Position numbers and translations under genes: made by a program. This document shows, piece by piece, positions 12,860 to 25,391 of a stretch of DNA of 64,000 nucleotides. Where the stretch lies: NCBI RefSeq assembly GCF_000281045.1, contig NW_008246114.1, forward strand, positions 108,406 to 172,405, given 5' to 3'. This DNA is from Saprolegnia diclina VS20 (lineage: Eukaryota). How positions within the stretch are numbered: position 1 is the first letter of the stretch; each line of letters opens with the position of its first letter. Under the pieces are notes generated by a model that made no database searches, had not been told where the DNA came from, and saw only the letters and a program-made list of their open reading frames with translations.

Positions 12860-13462
12860 ATGCGCACACCGCCGACGACCAAGGACTCGGACGAGCCCGA
12901 AGACGAGTTTGATCTTGATGCGTCGCTCTCGCCGCGCCTCGTGGACCTCATGGTCACGAGCTACTCGGTGGGCACGGACGGTATTGTCATGTACCACGTC
13001 GACGTCAAGAACCCGCACGACATGCTCGACACGTACACGATTCGCCGCCGGTACACGGACTTTCGCAACTTGTATTTTGAGCTCTCGACTATGATGCCAC
13101 TGGAGGACAAGGACGCGGCGCTGGCCTCGCGCTCGAGCCTTCTCTCTCGCTTTACGATCTCCAACTCGACGTTGCCGCCGTTGCCGTCGGCCGGCGTCTG
13201 GTCGTACTTGCGCAAGCACGATACCAAGGTGCTCGAGAAGCGCCGCGCGGCCTTTCAGGATATTTTGGACGCCGCCGCCTCGCACACGGAGGCCCGCGTG
13301 AGCAGCGCGTTCCAGACATTTCTGAGCGTCGCGCCCGAGTCGCTCAACCACCGTGCGTCGTACACGTCACTGCGCGACTACAGCGTGCCCGCCGACAACA
13401 ACAAGGCGTATACGAAGCGCAAGAAGAACCCGCGAAAGCGCGGCAACAGCGGTCAGTACTAG
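12860..13462 (+). CDS. PX (Phox homology) domain protein
   Basis: Motifs VMYHVDV..YTIRRRYTDFRNLY, LPPLPS and LEKRRAAFQDILD..FQTFL. Confidence 0.9.
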   Translation: MRTPPTTKDSDEPEDEFDLDASLSPRLVDLMVTSYSVGTDGIVMYHVDVKNPHDMLDTYTIRRRYTDFRNLYFELSTMMPLEDKDAALASRSSLLSRFTISNSTLPPLPSAGVWSYLRKHDTKVLEKRRAAFQDILDAAASHTEARVSSAFQTFLSVAPESLNHRASYTSLRDYSVPADNNKAYTKRKKNPRKRGNSGQY

Positions 13463-14136
13463 CAACCGAGGCGCGCTTGTACCATAGTCATTTTTCTTAT
13501 TTTATCCTTCTTTGTCTGCGTTGTCGTTTTTCGACTGACCATTACGGTATGGGTCGTGGCCAGTGTCAGTTTGCCCTTTGAGATTGCACTGGAGTGCCAG
13601 GATGGCCATGCCACGGAATCTCTGCGCAGTGAGATCCACAGGCAGTACAGTAAGTGTCGAATGCAGCTATGTCCAGTATGCAGCGATCGCGCACGTTCCG
13701 GCGGCAACTTGCTCCAAGGCTACCCCAGCATCGGCAGCAGAGATGGCGGAGCTTGTTGGTGCCAGTACTGTGCTACCAAGCAGAGTCATATATACAAGTT
13801 GCCGCCTGCTTACACTATAGCTCTCGGCTCGGCTCGGCTCTCTGTTCCGGTCTGTTCAGCTTCTACGACGCCTTTCTGCGGTTCACCAAATGCGTTTCGA
13901 GTCGCAGACACCATGCGAGGAAGGTTAGGTCTGTAGTTGCCGGCTGCTGCATCCATAATGTTGATTTGTACTCGTGCAAGGAGCTCGTCGACTTTAGTTG
14001 GTTGGTCTGATGAAATCAGCAAGAAAGGGATGATCCGTGGGCAAGATGCTGGTGTCCCATCGTCATGAGAGCGATGCTACGCATTTAAAATACTAGTATA
14101 CCCACATCAAGGTTAAATAAAATATCGGTATTAAAA

Positions 14137-16472
14137 ATGCAGCCCGAGCCAACATCATTTTCACTTGACATGGCCGACACCGACGACGACTTCTTGTTCG
14201 GCGCACCGCCCGCGGCCAACGACCGCAGCAGCGCCGCGCCGGCAAAGCTCGAGTACGAAGACCTCTTTGGCGCGCCGCCGGCGCCGGCGAGCATAGCAAC
14301 GGCTGACGATGCAAGCACGCTCTTTGGCCCGCCACCGCGCGACGCCGCCGCCGACGCCACGCACCTCGTCGTCCTGCAGCATGGCCTCCACGGCAGCCCG
14401 TCTGACTACCACACGTTTGCCTTCATCCTCCGCGACGTCTTCCGGGACGAGCCAGGTACCGTTTTGTGCCATGCCATCTCAACCTGCATGGCGTGCCAGG
14501 GCTCTACATTGTTGCTGCCGCCTCGAACGCCACAGACACACACGACGGTATTGACGCCGGCGGGCTACGCTTGGCCGACGAAGTCGAGCACCTCGCGGCC
14601 TCCTGTCCTCGGTAATTCGTCCCAAAAGCCAAAGCTGTCCTGAACGCTGGAGGACTCTAGGCTCGAGAAGGTGTCTCTGATTGGCCACTCGCTCGGTGGG
14701 CTCTACGTGCGCTACTGCATTGGCGTCTTGTACGCGCGAGGCTTTTTCGACCAGATCACGCCCATGGTGTGTATTTCTCTAGTATCAATGTTTCAAGTTG
14801 AAACGTCGTAGAACGTCATTACGCTCGCCGCGCCGCACTTTGGGGTCCGCGCACCGTTCAACAATAGGGGTGCTGTCAACGCCGTTGTCAACACCATTTC
14901 GTCCAAGCTCTTTGATCGGTACTAGTACAAATTTTGATGCAATATGCATAAAAATGGACTAGGACCGGGGCGCAATTCGTGCTCCAGGACACTGCGTCCT
15001 CCACATGCGTGGCGCTGGCCACGCACGCGGTCCCGCTGCCAATGGCGCCCATGACAGGCACGCTCGAGATCCAGTTGCCCGCGCCAAACGTCGGGTACGC
15101 GCTGCTGGCGTACCGCCTTCGCGACGGTCGCCTCGACATCTTGTTGGACCCGACGGACCACGACCCGATCTTTTCGTTTTCTCTGGATGGTATGAACGCA
15201 TTGCTTTTTGTGCCCGAGCCGACGCCGGCTACGAATGACGTCGAGACCGAAGCGTCGAGCTACCTCTACGATGGTAAACCGGGTGTGTACCCTACCCCTA
15301 CCCTAACCGCCAACCGTAGACGACGCGGCCGAGACGGCAATCGCGCGGGATACGGTCTTGCAGCTCCACAACGCCGATCACAGCCTCTCGATCGAAGTGC
15401 GCATGGCCACCAGTGTTGACTGGGCGCTCTTGCATGCCGTTCTGCGCTATCTCGGTCGCCTTCGGTGCGTCAACTATGTTGGTGACAAGAACCTCGTGCG
15501 CGCGAGCCTCGTCCGCGTCGCGTCGGCGCCGTCGCTGCTGCAGTGTCTGAGCCAAGGCGCGTTTTTGTTTGGCCTAGCAAGTTTTCGCCGGCGCGCGCTC
15601 TACTCCAACATCTTTTTTGACATTCAGGTTGGCGATTTGAGAATTTGAGGATTGAGAAGCGACACGGTATAGGTGCCGTTTGCGGTTGGATCGATTCGGA
15701 GCTTCAACCCGTATCAAAACAACGCGATCTCGTGCGCCACGTCACCATTGTACCCGCACTTGACGCTGCACTCGCTCGCCAACGCGCCGCTCCAGCGCGA
15801 TACGCTGCCGTCACGTACCTCCTCGACTACACTTATTGGACGGTATATAGATACCAACATGATTTGTCTAGAACGCTGGGCCGACATGGACATCTATCCC
15901 GTGCTGTCGCCGATGCCAAAAGGTCGTTTTGACGGCTGGGGCAACATTGGCCAGTACTTGTTTCAGGCCAACAAATCAACGCCGTCGACACCATCGGCGA
16001 CCAGCAGCCAAAGCCATGGCAGTGACCTGCTTTCGCCGTCGTCCAGTCCGCTCTCGCCGTCGGGTACCCGCCCTCATGGTAAAGCGTGTGATGACGCGCG
16101 TGTAGGACTCCTCGCCGGTCGTCACGTCACCGTCGTGTCCAAAGGTACCGTGATCTGGTGTCGACTGGAAAATGGAGAAAAATTGTGCTAGATTCGGCCC
16201 ACGTGCTGGTCGATAGCCCTGAAGATGCCTTTGTCCACGACCCCTTGCGCGACATTCTTCGAGGTACATGTCATATTGCCGTAGCAGATACCAAGGTGCA
16301 CGGCATAGGCATGCTCGTCTCGCTCCAGGCGCTGCCGTACGAGCGCGCGGATGTGCTCTTTGACGGCGTCTTGGGCCACGAACGCATCATTGCCAAGCGC
16401 CACACGGCCTTTTCGCCGAGTGAGTCGGGTGTTGACGTTGTGCATCATGTTGCCGATACGCTTCTTTTGTAA
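14137..16472 (+). CDS. DUF676 putative serine esterase/lipase (alpha/beta hydrolase), multi-exon, with an internal insertion
   Basis: HLVVLQHGLHGS, SLIGHSLGGLYVRY (GxSxG nucleophile elbow), ITLAAPHFGV, RTGAQF, FRRRALYSNIFFDIQ|VPF, and a C-terminal HERIIAKR. Confidence 0.88.
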
Positions 16473-16497
16473 ACGTACAGTCCGCTCAGACAATGCT

Positions 16498-16549
16498 TAA
16501 GCTAGAGCTCGTTCAACACCTACTAAGCTAGAGCTCGTTCAACACCTAC
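16498..16549. repeat. Perfect 26-bp tandem duplication in the 3' flank
   Basis: TAAGCTAGAGCTCGTTCAACACCTAC x2. Confidence 0.95.
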
Positions 16550-16929
16550 TAGCATGTGCAAATGTCTTCTCTACCATATCGATCCATGTGTCTACTTTAG
16601 CGTCCTACAGCCGTCGTCGAGAGCTGGACGAGCAACGTTCTCGTGATAGACGGTTCGACGAAAGCTAGGGTAGGGTTTCAAGAGGGGTAGGGTAGGAGGG
16701 TAGGCGGCGGATACGCGCCACACTACCCAGTTTTCCTTTGCTCGTTCATCGAGTGGGAGAGTGGGAGATTATTGACGATTAGTACAGTTCGCTGAACGGT
16801 TTAGTTGACGGAATCGGGATCCGCGAGTCGACTACGTTTGCACTTTTGATGTCGATCAGTAGCTCGCAGCTCGACAGCGTGCGAGTGTCTAGATATGGTT
16901 TGCATCGAAAATATAGCATCAAGGCCATA

Positions 16930-17690
16930 AAGTTACTTGTTATTAGTATGGTGTCTAAATCCACTCGACTTTGGCGTACATGATGCCTTGTTTGGCATCG
17001 CGCCGAATGCTCTTGATACTAGGCAAAAATGATTCAAAAATCGCACAAAATTCTCCGAACGCACCGAAAGCTGCGCTGGCGCTTGGTGTTGAGAAGACAC
17101 GCGTCGTTTTCCCACTGAATCCCCGTCACGTGCACGAGTTCGCCCTACGCGCCGCGTTCATTTTCTTGAAAAAACGTCGACCTACCGTGGGGAGTTCCCG
17201 CGCGTCTTTCGTGTCGAAAATGTAGACGTAACCGAGCGGCGACGGGCTTTTGCTGCGCTCCATGTGCGCCGCCATGCGCTTGTACTTGGCGTCATGAAGG
17301 CGCAGCGTCTTCATGCCGTCGCTCGGGTACCGTTCGTGCAGAAAGACGAGCGGAATCTCAACGTCCGAGGGACCCTCGCTCGTCATTGCGTGCAACGATT
17401 TGGTCTTCTTTTGCCACCACTTTTGCATTTGGCCGTGGACGTACGTGGGCGTCGCCTGGAATTGAAGTGGCAGTAAGTGACGATACGATTTGGACAAGTT
17501 GACGTACCTCGAGCGTGCGCTGCACGGGATCTCTGTACGACTGCAGCACCATGGCGGGGGCGCCAAAGAAGAGAGCGCACGCCAGCTAGCAAGATGGATT
17601 CGTCAAGTGATTTGCTCCAGAGAGGCCGAGACGTACAGGAATGAAGAGCGTCAAGAAGGCCTTCTCGCTGAGGAATGGACGCCCCATGTT
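16930..17690 (-). pseudogene. Probable decayed gene of unknown family
   Basis: Coding-like segments (MVLQSYRDPVQRTLE|ATPTYVHGQMQKWW...YVYIFDTKDARE...) have a GT-AG intron but are interrupted by stops. Confidence 0.35.
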
Positions 17691-17987
17691 TGTACGATGG
17701 CCGAACTGCAAAAGTGAACCGCCTGTCTCGGACACCGCTATCTTTAGAGCACCTGCATTTAGCACCATCGAAACTATCTATAGCCCTCGGTAACTCGATC
17801 TTGCTGCTTGGACCGTACAAGTACATATCCTAGGGACCTCAGAATAAGGGCAGTGCAGCCTCCAGAGCCGGGTGGATTGCCCTTCGAGCAACCAACGCGC
17901 GCTGCAAGATAGAACGACGAGGGATAAAAAATGTTGGAGTTTTTACAACACAAAATTGAATGGTATTCCATGCTTGGACTGACGATT

Positions 17988-19748
17988 CTACATTTTGCGG
18001 AACGGTGTACCCATGATATTGAGCTGCGTGTCGTTGGTGCCAATGCCGCGAAGAGTCAGCGACTTGAACGACCCACCGGCGACATCGATCGCCCAGAGAT
18101 AGTGGTCTCCCGTGGTCGCCAGCATCGGACCTTTCTGACCGCCGTATTGCAGCAAGAGCGTGTCGTTGTCAGCTGAGAGCACCGCGCTGCCATAGAACTT
18201 TGCCGAATGGATGCTAGTGTACGTCCCGACCAAGGCCGACTGGTCTTTAGCCGGGATGACCGACCCGAGGCTCGTCCACGGCTGACCTTGGAAGAGGTGA
18301 GCGTCGCACGCAACCGGCGGACGGTAGGCGCTCGCGATAGTCAGCGCCGATTCGTAGGTCGCCGTAAGCGTTGCTTGCGGCACGTCGAGGAAGATGCCGA
18401 GGAGGTACGTCCGAATGCGGTCTTCAACCACCAAGTCAGCAAACGCGCCACCTCGTCCTTCCGAGTTGGAGAGGAGGACGACGCCGAGATCTTCTGAGGG
18501 AATGAACCCGTTGCGCGTCTTGAAAGCAAACGTGTCACCACCCTTGTCAAAGTACTGGTACCCGTACATGATGTCACCAACCGCATCAAACCCGTAGCCG
18601 GCCGTGAGCGCATCGCCATCAGCGTCATACGCATAGCCCATGAGCGGCCCAAGGACAGCGTCCATCGTGTTGACGCTGTGGCCCGTGATCATCGTGTCGA
18701 GGATCGCCGGCGAGCGAAAGATGCCGGCGCCCTTCGAGAGCAGAAATTTTGAGAAAATCGCTAAGTCACCGGCCGACGAGACGATCGAACCGGCGGCAAT
18801 GTAGTCGTTGGTCGGACCGAGCATGCCTTGCGACGACGTGCGCAGGTCGAACGGCCCCGCGACCAAGTTGCTGCAGTGGTAATGCGCAAACGAGAGATCG
18901 CCAGACGGCGGTACCTCGCGCACGGCGCCGTACGTGTTGGTCATACCAAGCGGCGTGAAGAACGTCTCGTGGAGGTACTGGGACCACGTTTGGTTGGTCT
19001 GGTACTCGATGACTTGGCCGAGGATCTCGTAGTTCATGTTGGCGTAGGCGTAGCCAGAACGCAGCGGCCGGCCGTCCGTATCGAGGTAGGCAGCCGCACA
19101 CACCGACGCACGCTCGTCCAGGATCCCAAGCATCGATGCTTGGTCGCCTTGGCCAGATTCAAAGACCGAGTTCATCGCGAGGAGATCACCGAGCGTCGTG
19201 TACTCTTCGGCGTACTTGTCCTTGAGCTGGAACCACGGAAGGCGGAGCTTGACCGGGTCGTCCCAGTGAAGACGGCCTTCATCGACCTATACGAATCGGA
19301 GTCAGCAATTATCGGAAATATAATTGAAAGAGAATATAATTGAAAGAGAGACGTACCAGCTTGCCGATGCCGAGCGCAATGAACGTCTTGGAGAACGAAC
19401 CGATTTGGAAAATCGTGTCAGCCGTCACCGCGTTCGTGTCGTTGCCATACTAGAATCCAGTACAGACATTATTTCCACATCGGGTAAGGGTAGAGGAGAT
19501 ACCTGCTTGGTGCCAAAACCGGACGCAATAATGGTCTCATTCTTGTAGACCACTGCGAGCGCAAGACCCGGCAGCGCATACGTTGCCATTTGGTCGTGGA
19601 CGAACGCAATGGCTTCGGCCTTCTTGTCCGCGAGCGACCGTCCACCGGTCGTTGACGTCGACGGCGACGGCAGCAGAGCTGGGATGAAGCGCACTTGGTC
19701 GACCCAGAGACCGAGATACGACGAGAGCGCCAAGAAGAGGAAGCGCAT
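17988..19748 (-). CDS. Secreted beta-lactamase-family (peptidase S12/class C-like) serine hydrolase, 3 exons
   Basis: N-terminal hydrophobic leader, LPGLALAVV, TIFQIGSFSKTF (SxxK), VDEGRLHWDDPV, YAYANMNYEILG (YxN), AAGSIVSSAGDL, DKGGDT. A C-terminal beta-rich extension follows (LVGTYTS..YGS). Confidence 0.9.
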
Positions 19749-20131
19749 GAATGGGGTTGGGTGCGCGGCCGAGCGGAAAAGACAAAGTGCAATGTCCAGT
19801 GCATTTTGTATCAGCGGTTCGGCAATCGTTGAAGACATACATTCTTGTACACGCATTCCTGGTTACATCTGATTTGGGTTGTGTTGGGTCGTTGACTACG
19901 ACCCAACACGGCCGTGGGCATACCAGTACTTGACCACCGAGTTCATACAAACGTAGCGCTAGCGATACGAAGCCCTTTCGTCAGCGATCAAGGGCTCATA
20001 AAAGCTATTGATGGACCCTGAATGAGGCCAAACAACATTCACTTTCTGCGCTCCTATTGGCCAAACTAACCGCATACATATAAATCCCCTTGGCCCAAGA
20101 CAGACCCAATCGCTCGAGAAGCCATTGAAAC

Positions 20132-20189
20132 GAGGTCCAATACCAAGTATCGCACCAGCAGAGGTCCAATACCAAGTATCGCACCAGCA
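20132..20189. repeat. 29-bp tandem duplication
   Basis: GAGGTCCAATACCAAGTATCGCACCAGCA x2. Confidence 0.95.
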
Positions 20190-20949
20190 ACAATAAGCTC
20201 GCGAGTGGCTAGCAGGCGCGAGCGATTCGTCAGCTCCAAATTGAACTCGAGACCGAGCGCCGAGAGGGCCAGGCGCCCTCAACCGAGCCATGGATCGCCT
20301 GCATGCCGAACTCGAAGCTCAGCGCCACGAACGTCAAACCGAGCGCGCCGCCTTGTATGCGCATCGTGCAGTGGAACGAGCTGCGACTCTCGACCAGATT
20401 GTTGTGCCGTCGGGTTAAAAAGGCCACCGACACGAGCTTCTGTGCTTGAGGAAGATGCTCCCTTTAATGGTAAAACAAAGTCTGATGGTGTCGTTAGTTG
20501 GCTCACACATGGCGACGCTGATACCACTGCACGAGTGCCGGTGGCGGCTCGTTGGCACACGCAGCCAAGTGCCCTACGGTCCACAACCATCAGTGTGCAT
20601 GCAACGAGAAGACGACCCTACGTTTCGCCTCTGCGCGCATCGTACAATGTGCAAGGGCACGGTCGGCGGTCCATTGTGCCAACCGTGCATAGCCTCCATG
20701 AGCGCAGAGGAGCGGGCTGTGGGCTTCGACGGCCCGACAGAGCCAGCCGTGGGAGCTGTTGCGCACCTCGATTTGGCCGGCGACGTCGAATCTGTAGATA
20801 TTGGCATTTGCGGGTTCCACCACGTGGGCTGCGATGGCCCACGCGACGAGGCTTGGACCCTACCCATCGACACAAACGCTCGTACAATAGACATCCCACA
20901 TCGGAACTCGGTACGTGTGCTAGCGCATCGCTTTGTCGAAACGCGCCGG

Positions 20950-23034
20950 CGCGGGTAAACATCGACAAGAGCCGTCCTTGGATCGTGCCCGCCAAGTAGC
21001 TACAAGACCCAGTTAATGATATTGGACGTAGACATTCGAGTGTACCGATACGTAACTCGGTCGTCGAAGTAGGCCGCAAGGGCAGTGAGGTGGATCTCCC
21101 GCTGCAGATTGACCAACGGTGAAGCCTCCTTGTCGTCTTGTGGCATACTGCTCGTCGTGTGGGCACGGTACCATGCATACAGCACGGCCTTGATACCGCC
21201 CACCCGGCTGCGAAACCTAGCGAACGCGGAAGGGTCGGAGTGCAGAAGGGCTAGGGTTACTGTGGCCGACGCTCGGCGAGCCGTAGACTGTCGCACAGGA
21301 GCGCGATCGTATCGGGGCCTTGTACACCTAGAGACTCGTCGATACTTCCGGGCTTTCATGCCTGAAGCAATGAGGGTACCAAGTTCGTTCTCAATTTCAT
21401 GGGAGGTAAACCAGCGCTCTAAGAGCGCCACCCCTCGCGCGGCATACGCGGAGCGGCCACTCTGTTGGGCCGCCAGTAGAAGCTGCGCTGCGCCCCGCAC
21501 AATCGACGAGAGCTGCAACTCGGGGGCCATGGATGGTGACAAGTTGTGGAGACTTGTCTCGGCCGCGTTGACGAGCTCGTGGCCTGTGTCATCGTTGTCG
21601 ACAGGTCCGTCGTGCAAGAGCTATAAGATCCTAAGTCAAACACCCCAGGCAGAGGAATGACGAAGGATACCGCGAGGTTTTTCGCGTCAAATGCATACAC
21701 GTCCGTCAAGACCTTTGCGTCGAGGTGCTGGAGCATCTGCCCAAGGGTCTTGGATCGTACACTCGCCAGAAGAGGCATGTACCCGCGTAATGGAGGTCGC
21801 CCGCGTCAGCTCGCGCTGGGTGCTACTCCCTACACCCATCTTTCAATCTTTCAACGCCAAAACGACAGGTATCGTTGCTACCGGGCTCTTCGAGGGACGG
21901 TGTTCCCGAATAAAGCCGCAGAACATAGCTGGACGACGGTACATTCGCGGAAGCGTCGCGCACCACATCTTGAGAGGTCCGGCGGCGCTCCCAATCGGTC
22001 CAGTCCCAGTCCCACCTACCATAGTCCATCAATACACAGGATACAGCAACGACGCACCAAGGGCCGGGCACAAGCAGGCGCACCAAAAGAGCTGCCTTAT
22101 CCCGTCGCCCATACCTACGGTACACGTATCGAGATGGTGTCCTCGACCGAGTCGATACCGCAGCGCGTCATCAAAGGTCGCACGTGCGTCATAACGAAAG
22201 CTCACTTGTGGCTCTTCCCACGGCGTCGGTGCAAAGTCGGAGGTAAACACCACGTCGTTCTCAGCGCGCAGCCGGTCCATCCACGTCACGACATACTTGT
22301 GGTCTAACGCGTCTTGTCGCGGGCACGCAGACAACGTGGCATGACATACCCGTCGACGCATAGTGCGTCAAGTCGTCGCGGAGCTCACGCCACCCGTCGG
22401 GTGTCAAAAAGCAATTCTGATCCCACGGCAAAATCCACGTGGCGCCCGCGCGCTGTCTACTTACGGTAAAACGATCAACCGAGAAATTGAGATATGGCGA
22501 ACCCGAGGGCCAAGACGTGGTTGCGCGCGGCGTTGATGCCCATCACGTAGAGGTTCTTGGCGTCGTACACGTCCGCCTCGATCTGCGTCATGTGCCACAT
22601 GTCGGCCACAGCGGCATGCACCATATCCTTGCCGTGCTCGGACGCGACGCGGAAGGGCGTCTCGGCGTACGTGGCAAGCTCGAACGGAAGCTCCGTGTAC
22701 CTAGTGGATAGATATTCCAATGGCGAATATTGGCTTGTGAAGTTAGTGAGTACGTGGCGTTGTACGATGTGAGCAGCTGCAGCAGCGCTTGCGCCACGTC
22801 GGCGTCGACGATGCGATTGAGAACCCAGTGCTTTTCCAGCGCCGGGTCCGATACTTCGTGGCGCAAGATGAATTCAATGTTTTGTAGCGTTCGGCGCGGA
22901 TCGTGTCTAGTAGTGTTGGCGTTAGCACCTTGTTTTTTGTACCTTGAAGAAAGGACTGTAGCACTACCGAGGGGGCAGCGCGTTCCCAACGACACGTCCG
23001 AGGTACACTGTGGGAGCGCCCTGCTATATCCCAT
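20950..23034 (-). pseudogene. Fragmented helical-protein gene, either a pseudogene or a poorly resolved multi-exon gene
   Basis: A series of coding-like minus-strand ORFs (NIEFILRHEVSDPALEKHW; YTELPFELATYAETPF; DALDHKYVVTWMDRL; HDGPVDNDDTGHEL) has in-frame stops and frame changes. Confidence 0.4.
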
Positions 23035-23248
23035 GATTATCCTGGTATAGATAGGAGGTGTGTACCAAAGCTAGCACGCTACTTGCGAGCAGTGCGACGC
23101 AACGTCGCTGCATGACGATCGAAGAAATGTCAACTGAAAAATCGTGTTTGCGCGGGCGTTGAACTATCGAAGTTTAAAATCACACTATTTCCGTGTACTC
23201 CGATACCGACTCGACTAAAGCGCAGATAGGACTACCTATTTGTGTGTC

Positions 23249-24737
23249 ATGCTGGCTCTTCAAGATGAACTCGATGCGCAGTTGATGTAGGTTGTTGGGA
23301 GGAGAATGAGCCCCTCCACGGCAAAGCGCTCTATGGTGCACAGGTCCACAGTATATAACAGTATTACGGAAGATAAAACAAACACTATTTAATCCAATGC
23401 AGTTGGAGTTTCGCCGAAGACGCGCCGATGAACCTTCTGGCCGACGAGTTCGAGGTCATTGGTACGTCGTCGCGTGGCCGCTGGGTCTGACGCGCTGACT
23501 CTAGATCCGAATCCAGATATCTGGGCGCTCTTTCTGGTACGGTGCCAGAGACGCTACGTCGACGTCCGAGCGATGCTGCTGTAGGAGTACAATGCGCTCT
23601 TCTTTGACGACCTTCTCAACGGCTGCGAGATCAAGTGGAGCAAGCGCATGACATTGTGGTACGCATTTCATTATCTCACAATCTGGTACGATCCAGATTT
23701 CCAGCGCGGGGCTCTGCAGCTTTCAGCCCATGTCTGGTTTTTGCTCGATTCGCCTCAGGTCTGCGTCACGTCCTTTCTAGTTGCTACTAAATAGGATGCG
23801 GACGTTGGTAGTGAGCCGCTGCTCAAACTGCGGCCCCGAAGCGACCTTGTCAACACGCTTCTGGTAAGAGCTCAAGGCGGCCGTGCTCTCTCACGTCGCT
23901 TCGCATCTAGCACGAGATGATTCATGCGTTCATCTTCCTCAACAGCCCCGTGCGCGATCACGAAGGTAGACACTTGCTACAGATTCTGCGATTTCATTCC
24001 TTCAGCTAGACCACGGCCCGCAATTTCAGTATCACATGCACCGCATCAACGCGCTCGGTACTAACACGCATTAATCGTTTGATGTGCGACCGTGCGTAGC
24101 CCAAACCAAGATCACAGTCTACCACACGTTCAATGACGAAGTCGACTCGTACCGCGTTCATTGGTGGAAATGCGATGTACACTGTGACAAGTCATCTTCT
24201 GTGCTCGTTTCTACTTATGCGTGTCTAGGGTCCATGCCAACATTCGCCGCCGTACTTTGGTATTGTCAAACGAGCCATGAACCGCCCGCCAAGTGCCCGA
24301 GGTGCGTCCGTTCTTCTTTACCACCCAAAGATTGTTCATTGAAGTGACGTCCATAAAATAAGATCCGTGGTGGGCCGCCCATCAAGTACGATGACCCGAT
24401 AAGATCTGAGAACCAAACACTATCGCAAATGGCTCGGTAGAGCAAGTGTGGTGGTACCTTCACCAAGATCAAGGAGCCCGACAACTACAAGAAAAAAGGG
24501 AAGCGCGACAAGCCTGCTTCCGATACAGCGCAAAAGACGATTGGCTCATTTTTCAAAACCGATGTTGGCGATGTCAAGCCGTCCGCCGTGCCCGCCAAGC
24601 GCGCCCGTCCCACCGAACCACCTGCACCCAAGCAGCCTACAAGCGCGGTGCTGGCTTCGTTCTTTGACCCTGTCCCGATCAAGAAACCCCGCGTCGAGGC
24701 CAAATTCGAGACCATCGATTTGACGTTAAGCGACTGA
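23249..24737 (+). CDS. SPRTN: Spartan/SprT-like DNA-protein-crosslink metalloprotease, split into about 13 micro-exons
   Basis: Spliced D|PNPDIWALFL|EYNALFFDDLLNGCEIKWSKRMTLC|AGLC..SIRLS|EPLLKLRPRSDLVNTLL|HEMIHAF (HExxH)..HGPQF..HMHRIN..ITVYHTFNDEV..HWWKCD|GPCQ..PYFGIVKRAMNRPPS..DPWW..H..CGGTFTKIKEP. The start exon is uncertain. Confidence 0.92.
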
Positions 24738-25391
24738 GCGCCAAGATCGAGAGCATCTCAAGTCTTGAATTCTGACACCTGACGTCGTCTGTCCTTCTTG
24801 TCAACAAGGAGTGCAGCGACGATAGGCTTGACCGCGATTGAAAGCTGTGCCGTGTGTCCCGTCACGAGAAATGATCTTTCTGCGAAGTGGACTCGAGTTT
24901 GTATGCTACAGCTACCTCGGGGTTGCGTGATGTTAATCACATGAGACTTACGGACTTCGCGAAGTGATGGTATCCATGCGCACTGCGGAGTACGCCATCG
25001 GTTGTTGATGATTTGACGCTCGATAAGCTGTTCGCACAGGGCGGTGTAAACGAGGTTGTCGAAGAGAGGAATAAGGAAGAGTAAATCCTTTGATGAGACA
25101 TTCAGCTACTTGCAAAGCAGAGCAGATCTTCCCGATGATGGGAAGGAATTATGTAAGTCCACTGGGGTCGACACGCTCGCGTCACTCAGTTGGCGTGGCA
25201 GTACCCACAGCCAAGTGGTTGAGCCCTCGTGGCGACCGTCTAAACTACATGGCAAGGATTGCAAATAGATAGGTGCTCCAAGCGAATGCAAGTCGGCACA
25301 CCGTCGACACATGCGAATATTGTACAAAACGAGACACTCGGGTTGTGTTTCTACTACCTGCGACTAACTATTCTGACGCGCTAAGACTGCC

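Noticed and set aside
19317..19348. 16-bp tandem duplication AATATAATTGAAAGAG
   Set aside because: Intronic slippage duplication with no evident function.
20290..20958. Cys-rich plus-strand ORFs
   Set aside because: Early stop, no convincing splice solution and no recognisable domain; it also overlaps the tail of the minus-strand relic.
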